In this document: piece by piece, positions 29,524 to 39,871 of the stretch | Layout of the letters: each line of letters begins with the position of its first letter | Position numbering within the stretch: the stretch's first letter is position 1 | Source of the DNA: Leptospiraceae bacterium | Lineage (GTDB): Bacteria; Spirochaetota; Leptospiria; Leptospirales; Leptonemataceae | NCBI GenBank assembly: GCA_040217195.1 | Contig: JAVJNR010000003.1 | Span: 352,001-416,000, forward strand | DNA length: 64,000 nt | Direction of reading: 5' to 3' | Made by a program: the position numbers and the translations under genes | The notes under the pieces: generated by a model | Told to the model about the DNA's origin: nothing | The model's input: only the letters and a program-made list of their open reading frames with translations | The model's database searches: none

Positions 29524-32500
29524 ATGAAATCAAGAACTATTCGCAGAATTAAACAGTCCGGATTACTCCTGCTGCTGGCAGGAATCCCATTTCTATCTGC
29601 CTGCATTGCATTTCTTCCTTCGGCCACAAGCAAATCAGAAGAAGAAAGAAAATGGTTCTTGCTGGATCTGGTATCATCTCCGGAGCAGAACGCATTAATC
29701 TCAAACCCGCCGACAGTAGGCGCCGATGGATACGATCCGGCTCTGTTTACTGTGGACCAGAGAGTAGATCCAGAAGAGATTGCAGTGCCCGTTTACGGCA
29801 AACATTACGTTTCTGTTGGTCATATCTTCGACATTGATGTAGATACCTCCAGGATTCCCGGGGCTCCTGAAGAATATGAAAGTGTATTCATGCCGGAAGG
29901 ACATGTGGCGAAAATCACCTACGAATACGATGAGCGAATGCTCCGGGAAAGGGGACTCATCGAAGAGTTTCAGGTGTATTACTACCACAAAGGAAGTGAC
30001 CGATGGTACCCACTTTCCGATGTAGAGGTGGACCTGGAAAACAATCGAGTTATTGCGCGCACAAATCACTTTACTCCATTTGTGCTTACTGCATTGCCGC
30101 AGCCAGCGGATAGTGGAGTATTTAATCCTCCCCAATGCATTGTGGATGCTCTGGACGATCCAGCCGGGAGCATGGCCGGACCAAAGTGGAGTCGCCTGGA
30201 CGTTGGTTTCAAATATTACCTGGATCGAGGGTATACGATTAAGCATACCGATTCCTTCTACGATTTAGAACTCAATCAAGCCCTGGGTATCGCCACCTGC
30301 AACGGAGGGACCCATGCCTCCTCCAGTATTTTCTGCGGTCCCCAGGGACAGCATAAATATAACACTGACCCCAACTACCTGGACTTCTCGTTGCCGTTCG
30401 ATGCTAAAGTATATGTCATGTACGATCACCGCGGAACGGAGCGAGCGGGATGGCTTTCCGATATGGGATTCGCTCAAGTTACCGATACTTTCGTTGAAAC
30501 CACGGACAGTGTCGAATATTATGAGGTCTATGAAAAGGATTATACATCTGGCTCTCAGGTGACTTTGCCGGGCAATCACTACGATCTTGCTAATCCCAAC
30601 CAGATCGATACCAACTATTTCGTAGCTGTGTTACCTCAGGGCGACTGGGCCACCGATGCAGGAATTGACTGCTCCGGGGAGCCTCTTCGCCCGGCTTCGC
30701 CGGAAGGAATTTCTCTCATTCCTGGCTCTGATCAGGTATCCATTGTTCTGGATCAGACTATAGATCGGGATGTAACCGGGCTTATTGTGCGACGACGTCT
30801 GCAGGAACCTTCTCTCTCGCCCGAATACGGTGAAGCCGTCGGTCTTGCCATCGATGAGCCCGGATACATCATTGATACCGGCCTCACTGAAGGTATGACC
30901 TATTATTATAGCTTTTTCGCAGTCACGGACAGCGGATTGTATTCTCCTCCTCTGGTAATTGAGCTTCAAACTGGACCGGATGATGATGGAGATGGTCTGG
31001 CCAACTTTTACGAAAACAATCCTTCCATTGTTTACTACGGGGGCGATGGAACCAATAGTAATCTGGATGATACAGATTCGGATGGAATTGACGACCTTAC
31101 TGAGATTCTGAACCTTACAGATCCCACACACAGTGATCATACAAATCCTGTGATTACAACCTTTGAAGACGATGGTACCATCAATACCATTCCTGTAGCT
31201 CGTTTCAGTATTCAAGTGGATGATGCATCCCCGATTACTGGCTGGTATCTATCCACAGGAACAGAGCCTCCGCCCAATGATTCCACGGATTGGCTCACCG
31301 AAGAACCCACAACATGGGATGTTCCACAGATTGGCGAGCTAAGCCTCAACCTCTGGGTCCGGGATGAAGCAGGTAATGTAAGCGAAATGGCCACCCTGGA
31401 ACTGGATTTTCCTTATCTCAATTACAGCAATCGCTTCATAATCTTTGATCCCAGAGATGATGATTTTCAGACTACGACAACTAATCCAACGGATCTGGCC
31501 TATTATCTGGAACAGACCGGCACCGATGCAACAACCAATAGCTTCGGGAAGAATTACTTGCTTTCCATTTCCGGTGGCCAATCGGTATTCGTGCAGCATG
31601 CTGGGAATACTGGCACAGCCGATTATGATTTTAGCGGAAGCAGCCCGCTGCCGCCCGGTTCGGTGATCTCTTCCTTGGAATACAACTCAAACCAGGATTA
31701 CTGGCTGGTTTCCTATTTCATTAGAGAGGGATACTCGCCTACTACGGAATGTCCGGTGGTCAAGCAAGCTCAGTGCTTCATGACCCTTAGATACAATGAG
31801 TCCACTGATACTCTGGTGACCCTGGATTCCGCGCATATAACAATTCCAGACGTCGCGACCCGCTGGGGGGATCCGGGGGAAATCATCCCGGATCCATCAG
31901 GGCCGGGCTTCCTCATGGCTATGAATGCTCAATACGTCCTGGAAAACGTTGATACTTCCATTAACCAGTACCCCTGGCATGAGTATGTAATTCTAATTCA
32001 CGGAACCATTGAAAATGGACAAATCCAGGAATTACTCTTCTCTCACCAGTGGGCCCTGGAATACCTTCCAGGAGAAGAGATTCCTGCGAACCTGAACCAA
32101 AAGGGTTGGACCAGACAGGCTATCTCTCCTTCCGGTGAGGTCCTGGTATTGACGGCGCCTCCTCCAGGGGTCCGCTCACCGCGCGGATGGAATAGTATGA
32201 ATGGAATCGATGTCTATTCCCTGGATTTTTCCGATCCCAGTATGGATCCCGAATCGCGGGTTCAAAAGGTAGGAACCTTTTTTCATTTGATTCGCTACTT
32301 TGACGTGGCTTTCATAAGCGAAACGGAAGCACTTGCAATTACCAGCACCGGTCTGGAAAGACTGGTTTTCGATCCAGCGAACCGCCATTTTACTTCGCGC
32401 ACCACGGTCCACAACTTCGGGGAGACCGTCACTTCTGGCCAACTTCACATGAGCCCCGATAATACAATCGGGATGGTAAAATACGGAAACAGTGCTCAGC

Positions 32501-33648
32501 TCTTTGCCTACGACAGTGAGAATGTTAGGATTTCGTGGACTAAAACCCTGGTTGATTTGCGACCGGAAGGACTTGAAGAGGTGGATCGAGTAGCATTTAA
32601 CCAGCTACCTCAGGGAAACCAGCCTCCGACTCTGAGCTTTGACATAGAAAACGGTTTCTCTATATTAACGGATACTGGCCCTATATATCCGTTCCGCGGA
32701 GTATTAACTGCCGGAGAAGATTGCCAGTCGTCCTCCTGGTTCTGGACAAATTATTACAGCTACGACCGCAGAGGTAAATGGAGCCTTGGCCGCCTGGACT
32801 ACTCGGATCCAGATGCCGAAAAATGTGGTGTCTCAAATAGCCCTGCTTCTCCTGTTCAATCGGGTACTACTTCTCCTGGACCAGGCTCCCTGGAAGTGCC
32901 GATGGATCTCTTCGGAAATCTACAGATCAATACCCAGAGCACATGGCAAATTCGAAGTATTCTGGAGGGCCTTCTGGGCACTGTGGGGACCCGGGTTTGC
33001 CCCTCAAATCTTTTGACAAATGGCACGCCTCAAACCGTTTTTCCAATAACTCCTATACAGGTTGGAGACTACTCGATAACGGTAGAAGCTACAGATTCGG
33101 CTGGAACCTGCGAGGGAGTTGATCAAACGGCTCGCGCCACGCTCTTGTTACGAGCCAGAGAAAAACATTCAGACTCCCGAACCTTTTTCGTAGATCTGGA
33201 CAGTTACCCCGAGAGCCCCGGAAGCCTTCAAAAGCTTAATCTCCTCAGAGGCGAATATCCAGCTCCGCAAGACCAACCGGGAGTGTATGAGAAATTCACA
33301 TGCGGCACCTACATGCTGGCTTGTGGTTGGATAGGCCAGGAATACGGCCCTCCCTATTGTGTTGAGCTGGCCGAATCGACAGAGGAAATGAGAGTTGATG
33401 CCCGTTTTGCCTCTTGCGGATCACAGACCCCATTGATTCCCTATTGGCATGCTCGGTCAACCTACTTGTACGATGGATTTGACTCCAGCCTTGGTATGGT
33501 CTACACAAAGAGGGAGTCCCCTAGATTTCCGGTACCCGCTTTCGCATTCAAAGACGGAGGTCTGGGATTCATTTTTCTAAAACGGGACATCAAATGGGGC
33601 GGCGACAGAATGTACGGCGGCCAATGGACCGGCTACGAAGACCTGTAG
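29524..33648 (+). CDS. large modular surface lipoprotein (ZU5/FN3/Ig-like, TSP3-like Ca-binding repeats, putative beta-propeller)
   Basis: Lipobox LSAC, TNHFTPF (ZU5-like), DTGLTEGMTYYYSFFA (FN3-like), DDDGDGL and DTDSDGIDD, WVRDEAGNVS (Ig-like), Cys-rich C-terminus. Confidence 0.8.
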   Translation: MKSRTIRRIKQSGLLLLLAGIPFLSACIAFLPSATSKSEEERKWFLLDLVSSPEQNALISNPPTVGADGYDPALFTVDQRVDPEEIAVPVYGKHYVSVGHIFDIDVDTSRIPGAPEEYESVFMPEGHVAKITYEYDERMLRERGLIEEFQVYYYHKGSDRWYPLSDVEVDLENNRVIARTNHFTPFVLTALPQPADSGVFNPPQCIVDALDDPAGSMAGPKWSRLDVGFKYYLDRGYTIKHTDSFYDLELNQALGIATCNGGTHASSSIFCGPQGQHKYNTDPNYLDFSLPFDAKVYVMYDHRGTERAGWLSDMGFAQVTDTFVETTDSVEYYEVYEKDYTSGSQVTLPGNHYDLANPNQIDTNYFVAVLPQGDWATDAGIDCSGEPLRPASPEGISLIPGSDQVSIVLDQTIDRDVTGLIVRRRLQEPSLSPEYGEAVGLAIDEPGYIIDTGLTEGMTYYYSFFAVTDSGLYSPPLVIELQTGPDDDGDGLANFYENNPSIVYYGGDGTNSNLDDTDSDGIDDLTEILNLTDPTHSDHTNPVITTFEDDGTINTIPVARFSIQVDDASPITGWYLSTGTEPPPNDSTDWLTEEPTTWDVPQIGELSLNLWVRDEAGNVSEMATLELDFPYLNYSNRFIIFDPRDDDFQTTTTNPTDLAYYLEQTGTDATTNSFGKNYLLSISGGQSVFVQHAGNTGTADYDFSGSSPLPPGSVISSLEYNSNQDYWLVSYFIREGYSPTTECPVVKQAQCFMTLRYNESTDTLVTLDSAHITIPDVATRWGDPGEIIPDPSGPGFLMAMNAQYVLENVDTSINQYPWHEYVILIHGTIENGQIQELLFSHQWALEYLPGEEIPANLNQKGWTRQAISPSGEVLVLTAPPPGVRSPRGWNSMNGIDVYSLDFSDPSMDPESRVQKVGTFFHLIRYFDVAFISETEALAITSTGLERLVFDPANRHFTSRTTVHNFGETVTSGQLHMSPDNTIGMVKYGNSAQLFAYDSENVRISWTKTLVDLRPEGLEEVDRVAFNQLPQGNQPPTLSFDIENGFSILTDTGPIYPFRGVLTAGEDCQSSSWFWTNYYSYDRRGKWSLGRLDYSDPDAEKCGVSNSPASPVQSGTTSPGPGSLEVPMDLFGNLQINTQSTWQIRSILEGLLGTVGTRVCPSNLLTNGTPQTVFPITPIQVGDYSITVEATDSAGTCEGVDQTARATLLLRAREKHSDSRTFFVDLDSYPESPGSLQKLNLLRGEYPAPQDQPGVYEKFTCGTYMLACGWIGQEYGPPYCVELAESTEEMRVDARFASCGSQTPLIPYWHARSTYLYDGFDSSLGMVYTKRESPRFPVPAFAFKDGGLGFIFLKRDIKWGGDRMYGGQWTGYEDL

Positions 33649-33711
33649 CCGGCCTGCAAACGCTCTTCAGGAACCTCTTGCAGAATACCATGGGCCCGCA
33701 ACTCTGGGCCC

Positions 33712-34548
33712 ATGAGTAATGGGGCATCGAAACAATCCACATTCCAGGGCACCGATCAGTATTACCTTTCCCCGGAGCTGGGTGCCATTGTAAACATGGC
33801 CATCGCCATGGAGAAGCCTCTCCTGCTAACGGGAGAACCGGGTACAGGAAAAACACAGCTAGCCTTTGAAATCTCACGCAGTCTGGGTATGGACCTGGAA
33901 GTTCTTCGAGCCAAATCCACCATTCGCGGCGAAGAGGCCTGCTACGTGCAGGATACAGTTCTACGACTGAACGATGCTCGCTTTGGTACCGAAATCAGCG
34001 GCCGCGATGTGAACCAGTTCTACGACTATGTAATCTGGGGCCCTATTGGCCGAGCTTTTCGAAGCGAACAACGATGCGTACTTTTACTGGATGAAATCGA
34101 TAAAACGGAATCGGATGTACAGGATAATCTTCTGGATGTCCTGGAAGACATGGAGTTTACCATACGAGAGGTAAACGATACAATCAAAGCGGTCCATAAG
34201 CCAGTTATCATTATTACATCCAATGCAAAACGGGAACTTTCGGATCCATTCTTGCGTCGATGCTTTGCCCATCATATTGCTTTTCCGGAGGAGTCGGAAA
34301 TGCGTGAAATCCTGGATTTACACTTCGATAATCTGGATGAAAAACTGGTGGAAGTAACCCTGAAGATTTTCTATGATCTACGAAGTCGAGGTCTGGAGAA
34401 AGCGCCGGCCACCAGCGAGCTAATACACTGGATTGAGGCATTGCAAAGATCCGAAAAGCTGCCAGAAAGCCTGACCGATCTTCCCTTTCCTGGTATCTTG
34501 ATGAAGCGAGCAGCGGATCTACAGAACTACCGGGCAGGTCGAATCTAG
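33712..34548 (+). CDS. MoxR-family AAA+ ATPase
   Basis: GEPGTGKT, LLDEIDK, ITSNAKRELSDPFLRRC. Confidence 0.95.
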   Translation: MSNGASKQSTFQGTDQYYLSPELGAIVNMAIAMEKPLLLTGEPGTGKTQLAFEISRSLGMDLEVLRAKSTIRGEEACYVQDTVLRLNDARFGTEISGRDVNQFYDYVIWGPIGRAFRSEQRCVLLLDEIDKTESDVQDNLLDVLEDMEFTIREVNDTIKAVHKPVIIITSNAKRELSDPFLRRCFAHHIAFPEESEMREILDLHFDNLDEKLVEVTLKIFYDLRSRGLEKAPATSELIHWIEALQRSEKLPESLTDLPFPGILMKRAADLQNYRAGRI

Positions 34549-34685
34549 ACATTCGATAATTCAGTCTCAGCTGCCGGAAGAACACTGCGGCGCTGCTGGA
34601 TTTCACGTATAGAATTCCAGGCCAGGGCAGTCCAGGAATCTGTGAGAATTGCTGATAAGACCTATTAGATTAGCAGGACGAACCA

Positions 34686-35909
34686 ATGAAGAATTCCGAA
34701 GTCCGCACATACGATGTTTTTCTCTCCTTCGCCTACGAGCTACGACGGGCAGACATTCCTGTATCTCCGGATCAGCTGATTGAACTTTTACGTGCATTCA
34801 AAAAAGGACTGGTTCAGTCCATGGATGATCTGTACCTGATGGCACGGCTTTGCTTTGTGAAAGAGGTGAAGTACTTCGACATCTATGATCGCACTTTTCT
34901 GTACTTCTTCGAAGGCCTCGAGCTTCCTCCAGTGGCCGAAGGAGACCTTGACCTCCTGGAAACGAAGCAATTTCAGCAATGGTTACGCCAGGCCTGGATT
35001 AAAGGGGAGCTTCCCCGGCATCCCTACTCCATGTCACCTAAGGAGTTAATGGAGCTTTTCTGGGAGCGTCTTCGCGAACAGACCGAAGCACATCATGGAG
35101 GCAACAAGTGGATAGGAACCGGTGGCACATCGCCTTTTGGGCATTCTGGTTTTTCAGAGAATGGCTTTCGCGTCATGGGACAGGCCAATCGATTCAGTGC
35201 AAAGAAAGTGATGGGTCAGCGCCGCTATGTAGATTACTCCGAAGCCGGACGTCTGAATCGAAAGAATTTTCATGATGCTCTACAGCACCTGAAGCACCTC
35301 AAGCCTGCGGGGGCCCCGGATCAGCTAAATATTCCAGAAAGCATTCGAAAAACTGCCAAGAATGCTGGTGAAATTGAACTCATTTTTGAAAAGGACAAAC
35401 GGGATCGCCTGGAAGTGATTCTAATGATGGACAATGGCGGAACCTCCATGGCTCCCTATGTGCATCTTACCTCGGACTTGTTCCAGCGTATGCGAAAGCA
35501 GCTAAAGAAACTGGATAGCTACTATTTTCACAACACAATCTACTCCTATGTCTATTCAGATCCGCAGCGCACAAAACCTGTGGCCATCCGAGATATACTT
35601 CGACGCAACCGGGATTGCCGCATCTTCATCATAGGCGATGCATCCATGGCTCCGGATGAGCTGGTTTCTCCCTACGGCAACATTAACTTTGGCGAAGAGG
35701 AATATGAGCCCTCCATTGAACAGCTCAAGAAACTGAAGGATCGATTCGGGGCCCTGGTATGGTTAAATCCCATTCCGGCGGAGTTCTGGCCTAATGGCTC
35801 CTTTACCTTAAAAAAGATCGAATCCATCCTGAATATGGAAGAAATGACACTGGGTGGCCTGGATCGGGCAGTGAAGCGAATGAATGAAATCAAGCATGAA
35901 GTGCAATAA
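34686..35909 (+). CDS. VWA domain CoxE-like protein
   Basis: HHGGNKWIGTGGTSPFGHSG, DNGGTSM MIDAS-like, YFHN, GDASMAPDEL, WLNP. Adjacent to MoxR. Confidence 0.92.
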   Translation: MKNSEVRTYDVFLSFAYELRRADIPVSPDQLIELLRAFKKGLVQSMDDLYLMARLCFVKEVKYFDIYDRTFLYFFEGLELPPVAEGDLDLLETKQFQQWLRQAWIKGELPRHPYSMSPKELMELFWERLREQTEAHHGGNKWIGTGGTSPFGHSGFSENGFRVMGQANRFSAKKVMGQRRYVDYSEAGRLNRKNFHDALQHLKHLKPAGAPDQLNIPESIRKTAKNAGEIELIFEKDKRDRLEVILMMDNGGTSMAPYVHLTSDLFQRMRKQLKKLDSYYFHNTIYSYVYSDPQRTKPVAIRDILRRNRDCRIFIIGDASMAPDELVSPYGNINFGEEEYEPSIEQLKKLKDRFGALVWLNPIPAEFWPNGSFTLKKIESILNMEEMTLGGLDRAVKRMNEIKHEVQ

Positions 35910-36006
35910 TTTCCATTCGGATAGTCTCGCTGGAAATACCTATATGATACAATACAAAGTACTCTTTCCATCCGACTCACCGTACCGACCGGAGTATCAT
36001 CGAAAG

Positions 36007-36936
36007 ATGCGAAATCGAAGGACTCTAACTTCTTTTTTCATTCTCGGATCCTTGCTCTGCTTGCAACTAACCTTTGCGAGAGGCCTGGAAGCCGAAGAAA
36101 GGACCGGACCTTCTTCTACTACATCTACAGATGAAAACACCGGGATTAGAACCGAAAATTCGGATCGGACGAATGGAGAACCTGATTCCCAGAAAACATC
36201 GGAGCAGAAGGCTCTGGACGAATTAACCAGACAACTCAAAGAGATGGAGGAGTCTGTGGACTTTCCAGTGGGTCCGTCCAATCGGCTACTCACAGAAAAC
36301 CGAGAAGCCTACGATAAACGGGACTTACCGGCTCTGGCAAAATCTCTATTATCCAGAAACCAACTTTACGGTATTGTGATCTGGAAAGGTAAACATAGAC
36401 TTTCTATCTTTGATCAACGCGGAGTCGAGATTCTGAGTTTTGAAGCAGGGATTGGCGGAGATGCTCAGGGTGGCCAGAGACCCAAGCAATACGAATATGA
36501 TGGCCGAACGCCGGAAGGGATTTACCGGATTTTTCGCTTTTATAGTTTAGAAGCTCCGAAAGAATCAGAGTCCTACAGGGAGCTGGAACGGCTCAACGGA
36601 TATTATCTTACCGCGAAACTGGGTTACAGTCTTTACGGAAAGCCCGGCAAAGATGCAGGTAAGAATGTATTTGGCTCCCGTTTCTATGGAATCGATTATC
36701 CGGCTGCATCCGATATTTGGCGTTACAAGATGGCTTTAAAGGAAGGAACCGCACCCCTGGACAAGAAACGGAAACTGCCCATGAGAATTGGATCTGGAAT
36801 AGCCATTCATGGCACCAATGATCCGGCCAGCGTGGGACAGACCTTTGGTAGCGGCTGTATTCGCCTTCGCAACGAAGACATTGAGAAGCTGGATCCCTTC
36901 GTAAACAATGGAATGCCGGTAATCATTTTTCCTTGA
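36007..36936 (+). CDS. L,D-transpeptidase (YkuD family)
   Basis: Signal peptide, DGRTPEG, IAIHGT..SGCIRLRN. Confidence 0.9.
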   Translation: MRNRRTLTSFFILGSLLCLQLTFARGLEAEERTGPSSTTSTDENTGIRTENSDRTNGEPDSQKTSEQKALDELTRQLKEMEESVDFPVGPSNRLLTENREAYDKRDLPALAKSLLSRNQLYGIVIWKGKHRLSIFDQRGVEILSFEAGIGGDAQGGQRPKQYEYDGRTPEGIYRIFRFYSLEAPKESESYRELERLNGYYLTAKLGYSLYGKPGKDAGKNVFGSRFYGIDYPAASDIWRYKMALKEGTAPLDKKRKLPMRIGSGIAIHGTNDPASVGQTFGSGCIRLRNEDIEKLDPFVNNGMPVIIFP

Positions 36937-37138
36937 TTTGTTGTTCAATTCTACAAAATTATCGAATACAGAAATTGAATCTCCTCATCGCTTCTGGCTT
37001 CCATGACCTACCGGAATCCGTCCTTCTAAGCTTCCCAGGGCAAGATGGTCGATGGCCATCGATAAGACGACAAAAGGAAGCCTTTGATTCAGGATTTCGT
37101 TTCATGGATGATTGGTGCAGGCCGCGGGAAAAGATCGT

Positions 37139-37654
37139 ATGGACTGTCTTATAGTAATCGACCCTCAAATGGAATTTGTGTCCACCGAAGGGGCTTATGC
37201 AAACCGGGGACATGGCACATCGGACATTCGTGGTTGCCTGGGCAGAATCAATGAATATCTGAGCCGGTCAGAACTGCATCGTATATTAATTTATTCTGAC
37301 TATACCCCCGGTCAATTCGAGCCTGGACTGAATTTATGCATCCCGGGCAGTTCGGGCCATAAAGTTGCACTATCTCTGGATCATTTTGATACGGTACTTG
37401 CGAAAACGGATCATGATGCCGTGGATAGTTCGGATCTCAGACAGGCATTATCCGAAATTCAACCTGAGCGAATACAGATATGCGGATTCCTCCTTGAATA
37501 CTGTGTACGAAAAACAGCGATCTCACTTAGAAAGGACGGATGGCCAGTGGCTATTCTGGAGGATTTGATTTCCACCGGCGACGATGTATTGCATCGGAAA
37601 TCTGAGTTCCTGCGAGAAATGGAAGCCCTGGGAGCCTCACTGGAAAAAGTGTAG
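37139..37654 (+). CDS. isochorismatase-family cysteine hydrolase
   Basis: IVIDPQMEF, K, GFLLEYCV catalytic triad pattern. Confidence 0.85.
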   Translation: MDCLIVIDPQMEFVSTEGAYANRGHGTSDIRGCLGRINEYLSRSELHRILIYSDYTPGQFEPGLNLCIPGSSGHKVALSLDHFDTVLAKTDHDAVDSSDLRQALSEIQPERIQICGFLLEYCVRKTAISLRKDGWPVAILEDLISTGDDVLHRKSEFLREMEALGASLEKV

Positions 37655-37689
37655 AGCCTGATCCTGGTTCTACGAAGGGTCCCGGTCTG

Positions 37690-37875
37690 TTAGGGGCGAA
37701 AGTACATTTGAATACCGGAAATCATAATCAGAATTATGCCTCCACCGATTAGAGACGGCGCCAGCCATTTCCTGTCCACAAACGGTCCAGAGGGCTTTTT
37801 CAAATTGAAGAATCCCAGCACCAGACTAATCACTCCAGCGGCCATTTGTATCAGATAATCGATTATTTCCAGCAT
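37690..37875 (-). CDS. small two-TM membrane protein
   Basis: AGGAG RBS upstream, two hydrophobic helices, downstream of the glycosylation cluster. Confidence 0.65.
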   Translation of the reverse strand: MLEIIDYLIQMAAGVISLVLGFFNLKKPSGPFVDRKWLAPSLIGGGIILIMISGIQMYFRP

Positions 37876-37900
37876 CGCTTTGCTCCTGTTTGGTTTCGGA

Positions 37901-39871
37901 TCATCGGATTACATAGGGCATCACCGGAGTCACCCAGACCACTCGAATAATGTATAGAACCAGGATCCCCAGAGAAACAGCATGAAAAGGTATGTCCAGA
38001 ATATTATGGTCTCTACTTTTCAGCAGCAGCACCAGAGCCACAGTTATGGTAAACATCCGAGAAATGTTATCATAGACCGACCAGAAATAATAATGATCCG
38101 CAACAAAGATCATCAAAAGCGAAAGGAATAAGCCCAGACGCATGGCAAATCCTTTTCGCAACCTGCCAGTAAGCAATGCAATCATTCCCGTAATCCAGAG
38201 AAGCAAAAGCGGCATTCGACTGAGAGTTCTGGCAATATCCTTTAGACCATGTTCCGGGTTTTGCACCGAGGCAATTACTTCATAGAGGTATTCTTTCATT
38301 CCCTGCATTGGCTGAATAAAAACACCCAGTCGGGTAGGACTCCATTCAGGCAGGGTAAATCTAAGATACGTTTGCCAGACCGCGGGAATAACAAGAGTAG
38401 CAAGTATGATCGCAGCCTTCCTGAAATCCAGACGAATGAGCTCATACAATCCCAGAGGAAAAAGCAGGAAAAGAGCTGGCTCCTTGGTAATCAGGCCCAG
38501 ACTGGCGAGCCCCCAGAACAAGAACATCCTGTCCCTTTGATAGGCCCAGTAAGCGATGACCACAATAGAAACCATTACAGCATCGCTTACCAGAAGATGG
38601 TAGCTTCCCAGTGCAAAAGGCGAAAGTAAATAGAACAAAGCCAGACCGCTGTTAGTTCCCAGAAGCTGACGTAGACATAAATAGGCCAGACTCATTAGTA
38701 CGAGGTTCCAGAAAAACATCCCGAACAAAGCAGCGTTTGGTCCCATGAATCCAAAAAGAGCGATTAGAAACGGATAGCCGATTCTAGGTGCGCGATAGCT
38801 GGCATCGATCTGTCCATCCCTATCGATACCTTCGCTGGATGGATAATCCAGTCCTTCACTCACCGAGCGACTATAAAAATAGAAGATCTGACCATCGTAG
38901 CCCGCGCCCAGATCTCCTTCCTGAGCTTTGTAGAATACTGCATTGGGGGGCACATGATTCGGATTGGATTCAGCAAATTCCAGTCCGAATCGTACCATTG
39001 ATGAGAAGTTCATCTCATACTTGCTTATATGGAAGAAGGTGACACTTCCATAAATAAGAAAGAACAGACCGAGGGCGATATACGGTTTATCCAGTTTTTG
39101 TACCGTTGCATACAGGGCATGCTGCCAACGAACGAGTCTGCCGGGCTCATGAGGCTCCTGCATATGCAGTTTCTTTCTATAGAGATGCCGGGCAAATACC
39201 ATTGCCTGTAGCAATACCCGTCGATTAAATGATGACGTTGAAAATTTATATGTGATGGGTACTTCTATATGGCTGGCCCCATTTCGCACTGCCAGATACA
39301 GGGATTCCATATGAAAGTCAAAAGCCCTGGATTCCAGCTCCGCGCTTGCAATGATGGAGTATATCCTCTTACTATATCTTCGATACCCGGAGGTGCAATC
39401 CTTGATGCCCGGCCCCTTGATATCCAGAAGACCGTCCGAAAGACAGTAATTCATTACACGAGCTGCTTTCCAGGATATCAGTTTACGGTAGAAGGGAACA
39501 TTTTCTGTTTCATGGCGACGACCAATGACCAGATCTTGATCTCCGGCTTCCAGAAATAATGGTAGATCCGAGGGCAGATGCGACATACCGGCATCCATAG
39601 TGATTACATAATCGTAATTCTGCTCCAGAGCGTATCGCATTCCATCCTGAATGCCCCCTGGAATATGAGTGTTACTTTCGTGACGAATTGTGTGTAGAGT
39701 GCCAGTCATTCGTCCGGCAAATTCAGTCTGAAGCTTCTTCAGGATTTCCGGTGTAGCATCTTTCGAGGCATCATCCACTACACAAACGTCGCAGTATTCA
39801 GAAGCGCCGCGCACCACCTCTTCGATGGTGCTTTCCTCGTTATAGGCAGGAATAATGATCAGCGATCTCAA
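37901..39871 (-). CDS. GT2 (DPM-synthase-like) glycosyltransferase fused to an AZOBR_p60025-like polytopic membrane domain
   Basis: IIIPAYNE, VVDDASKD, DAG, DCTSGYR. C-terminal part has GYDGQIFY, YRAPRIGYP, TKEP and about 10 TM helices. TTG start overlaps the epimerase stop. Confidence 0.85.
   Translation of the reverse strand: MRSLIIIPAYNEESTIEEVVRGASEYCDVCVVDDASKDATPEILKKLQTEFAGRMTGTLHTIRHESNTHIPGGIQDGMRYALEQNYDYVITMDAGMSHLPSDLPLFLEAGDQDLVIGRRHETENVPFYRKLISWKAARVMNYCLSDGLLDIKGPGIKDCTSGYRRYSKRIYSIIASAELESRAFDFHMESLYLAVRNGASHIEVPITYKFSTSSFNRRVLLQAMVFARHLYRKKLHMQEPHEPGRLVRWQHALYATVQKLDKPYIALGLFFLIYGSVTFFHISKYEMNFSSMVRFGLEFAESNPNHVPPNAVFYKAQEGDLGAGYDGQIFYFYSRSVSEGLDYPSSEGIDRDGQIDASYRAPRIGYPFLIALFGFMGPNAALFGMFFWNLVLMSLAYLCLRQLLGTNSGLALFYLLSPFALGSYHLLVSDAVMVSIVVIAYWAYQRDRMFLFWGLASLGLITKEPALFLLFPLGLYELIRLDFRKAAIILATLVIPAVWQTYLRFTLPEWSPTRLGVFIQPMQGMKEYLYEVIASVQNPEHGLKDIARTLSRMPLLLLWITGMIALLTGRLRKGFAMRLGLFLSLLMIFVADHYYFWSVYDNISRMFTITVALVLLLKSRDHNILDIPFHAVSLGILVLYIIRVVWVTPVMPYVIR

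Noticed and set aside
33712..35909. MoxR-VWA pair as a novel system
   Set aside because: This is a widespread, well-known pairing with a CoxE-like VWA protein.
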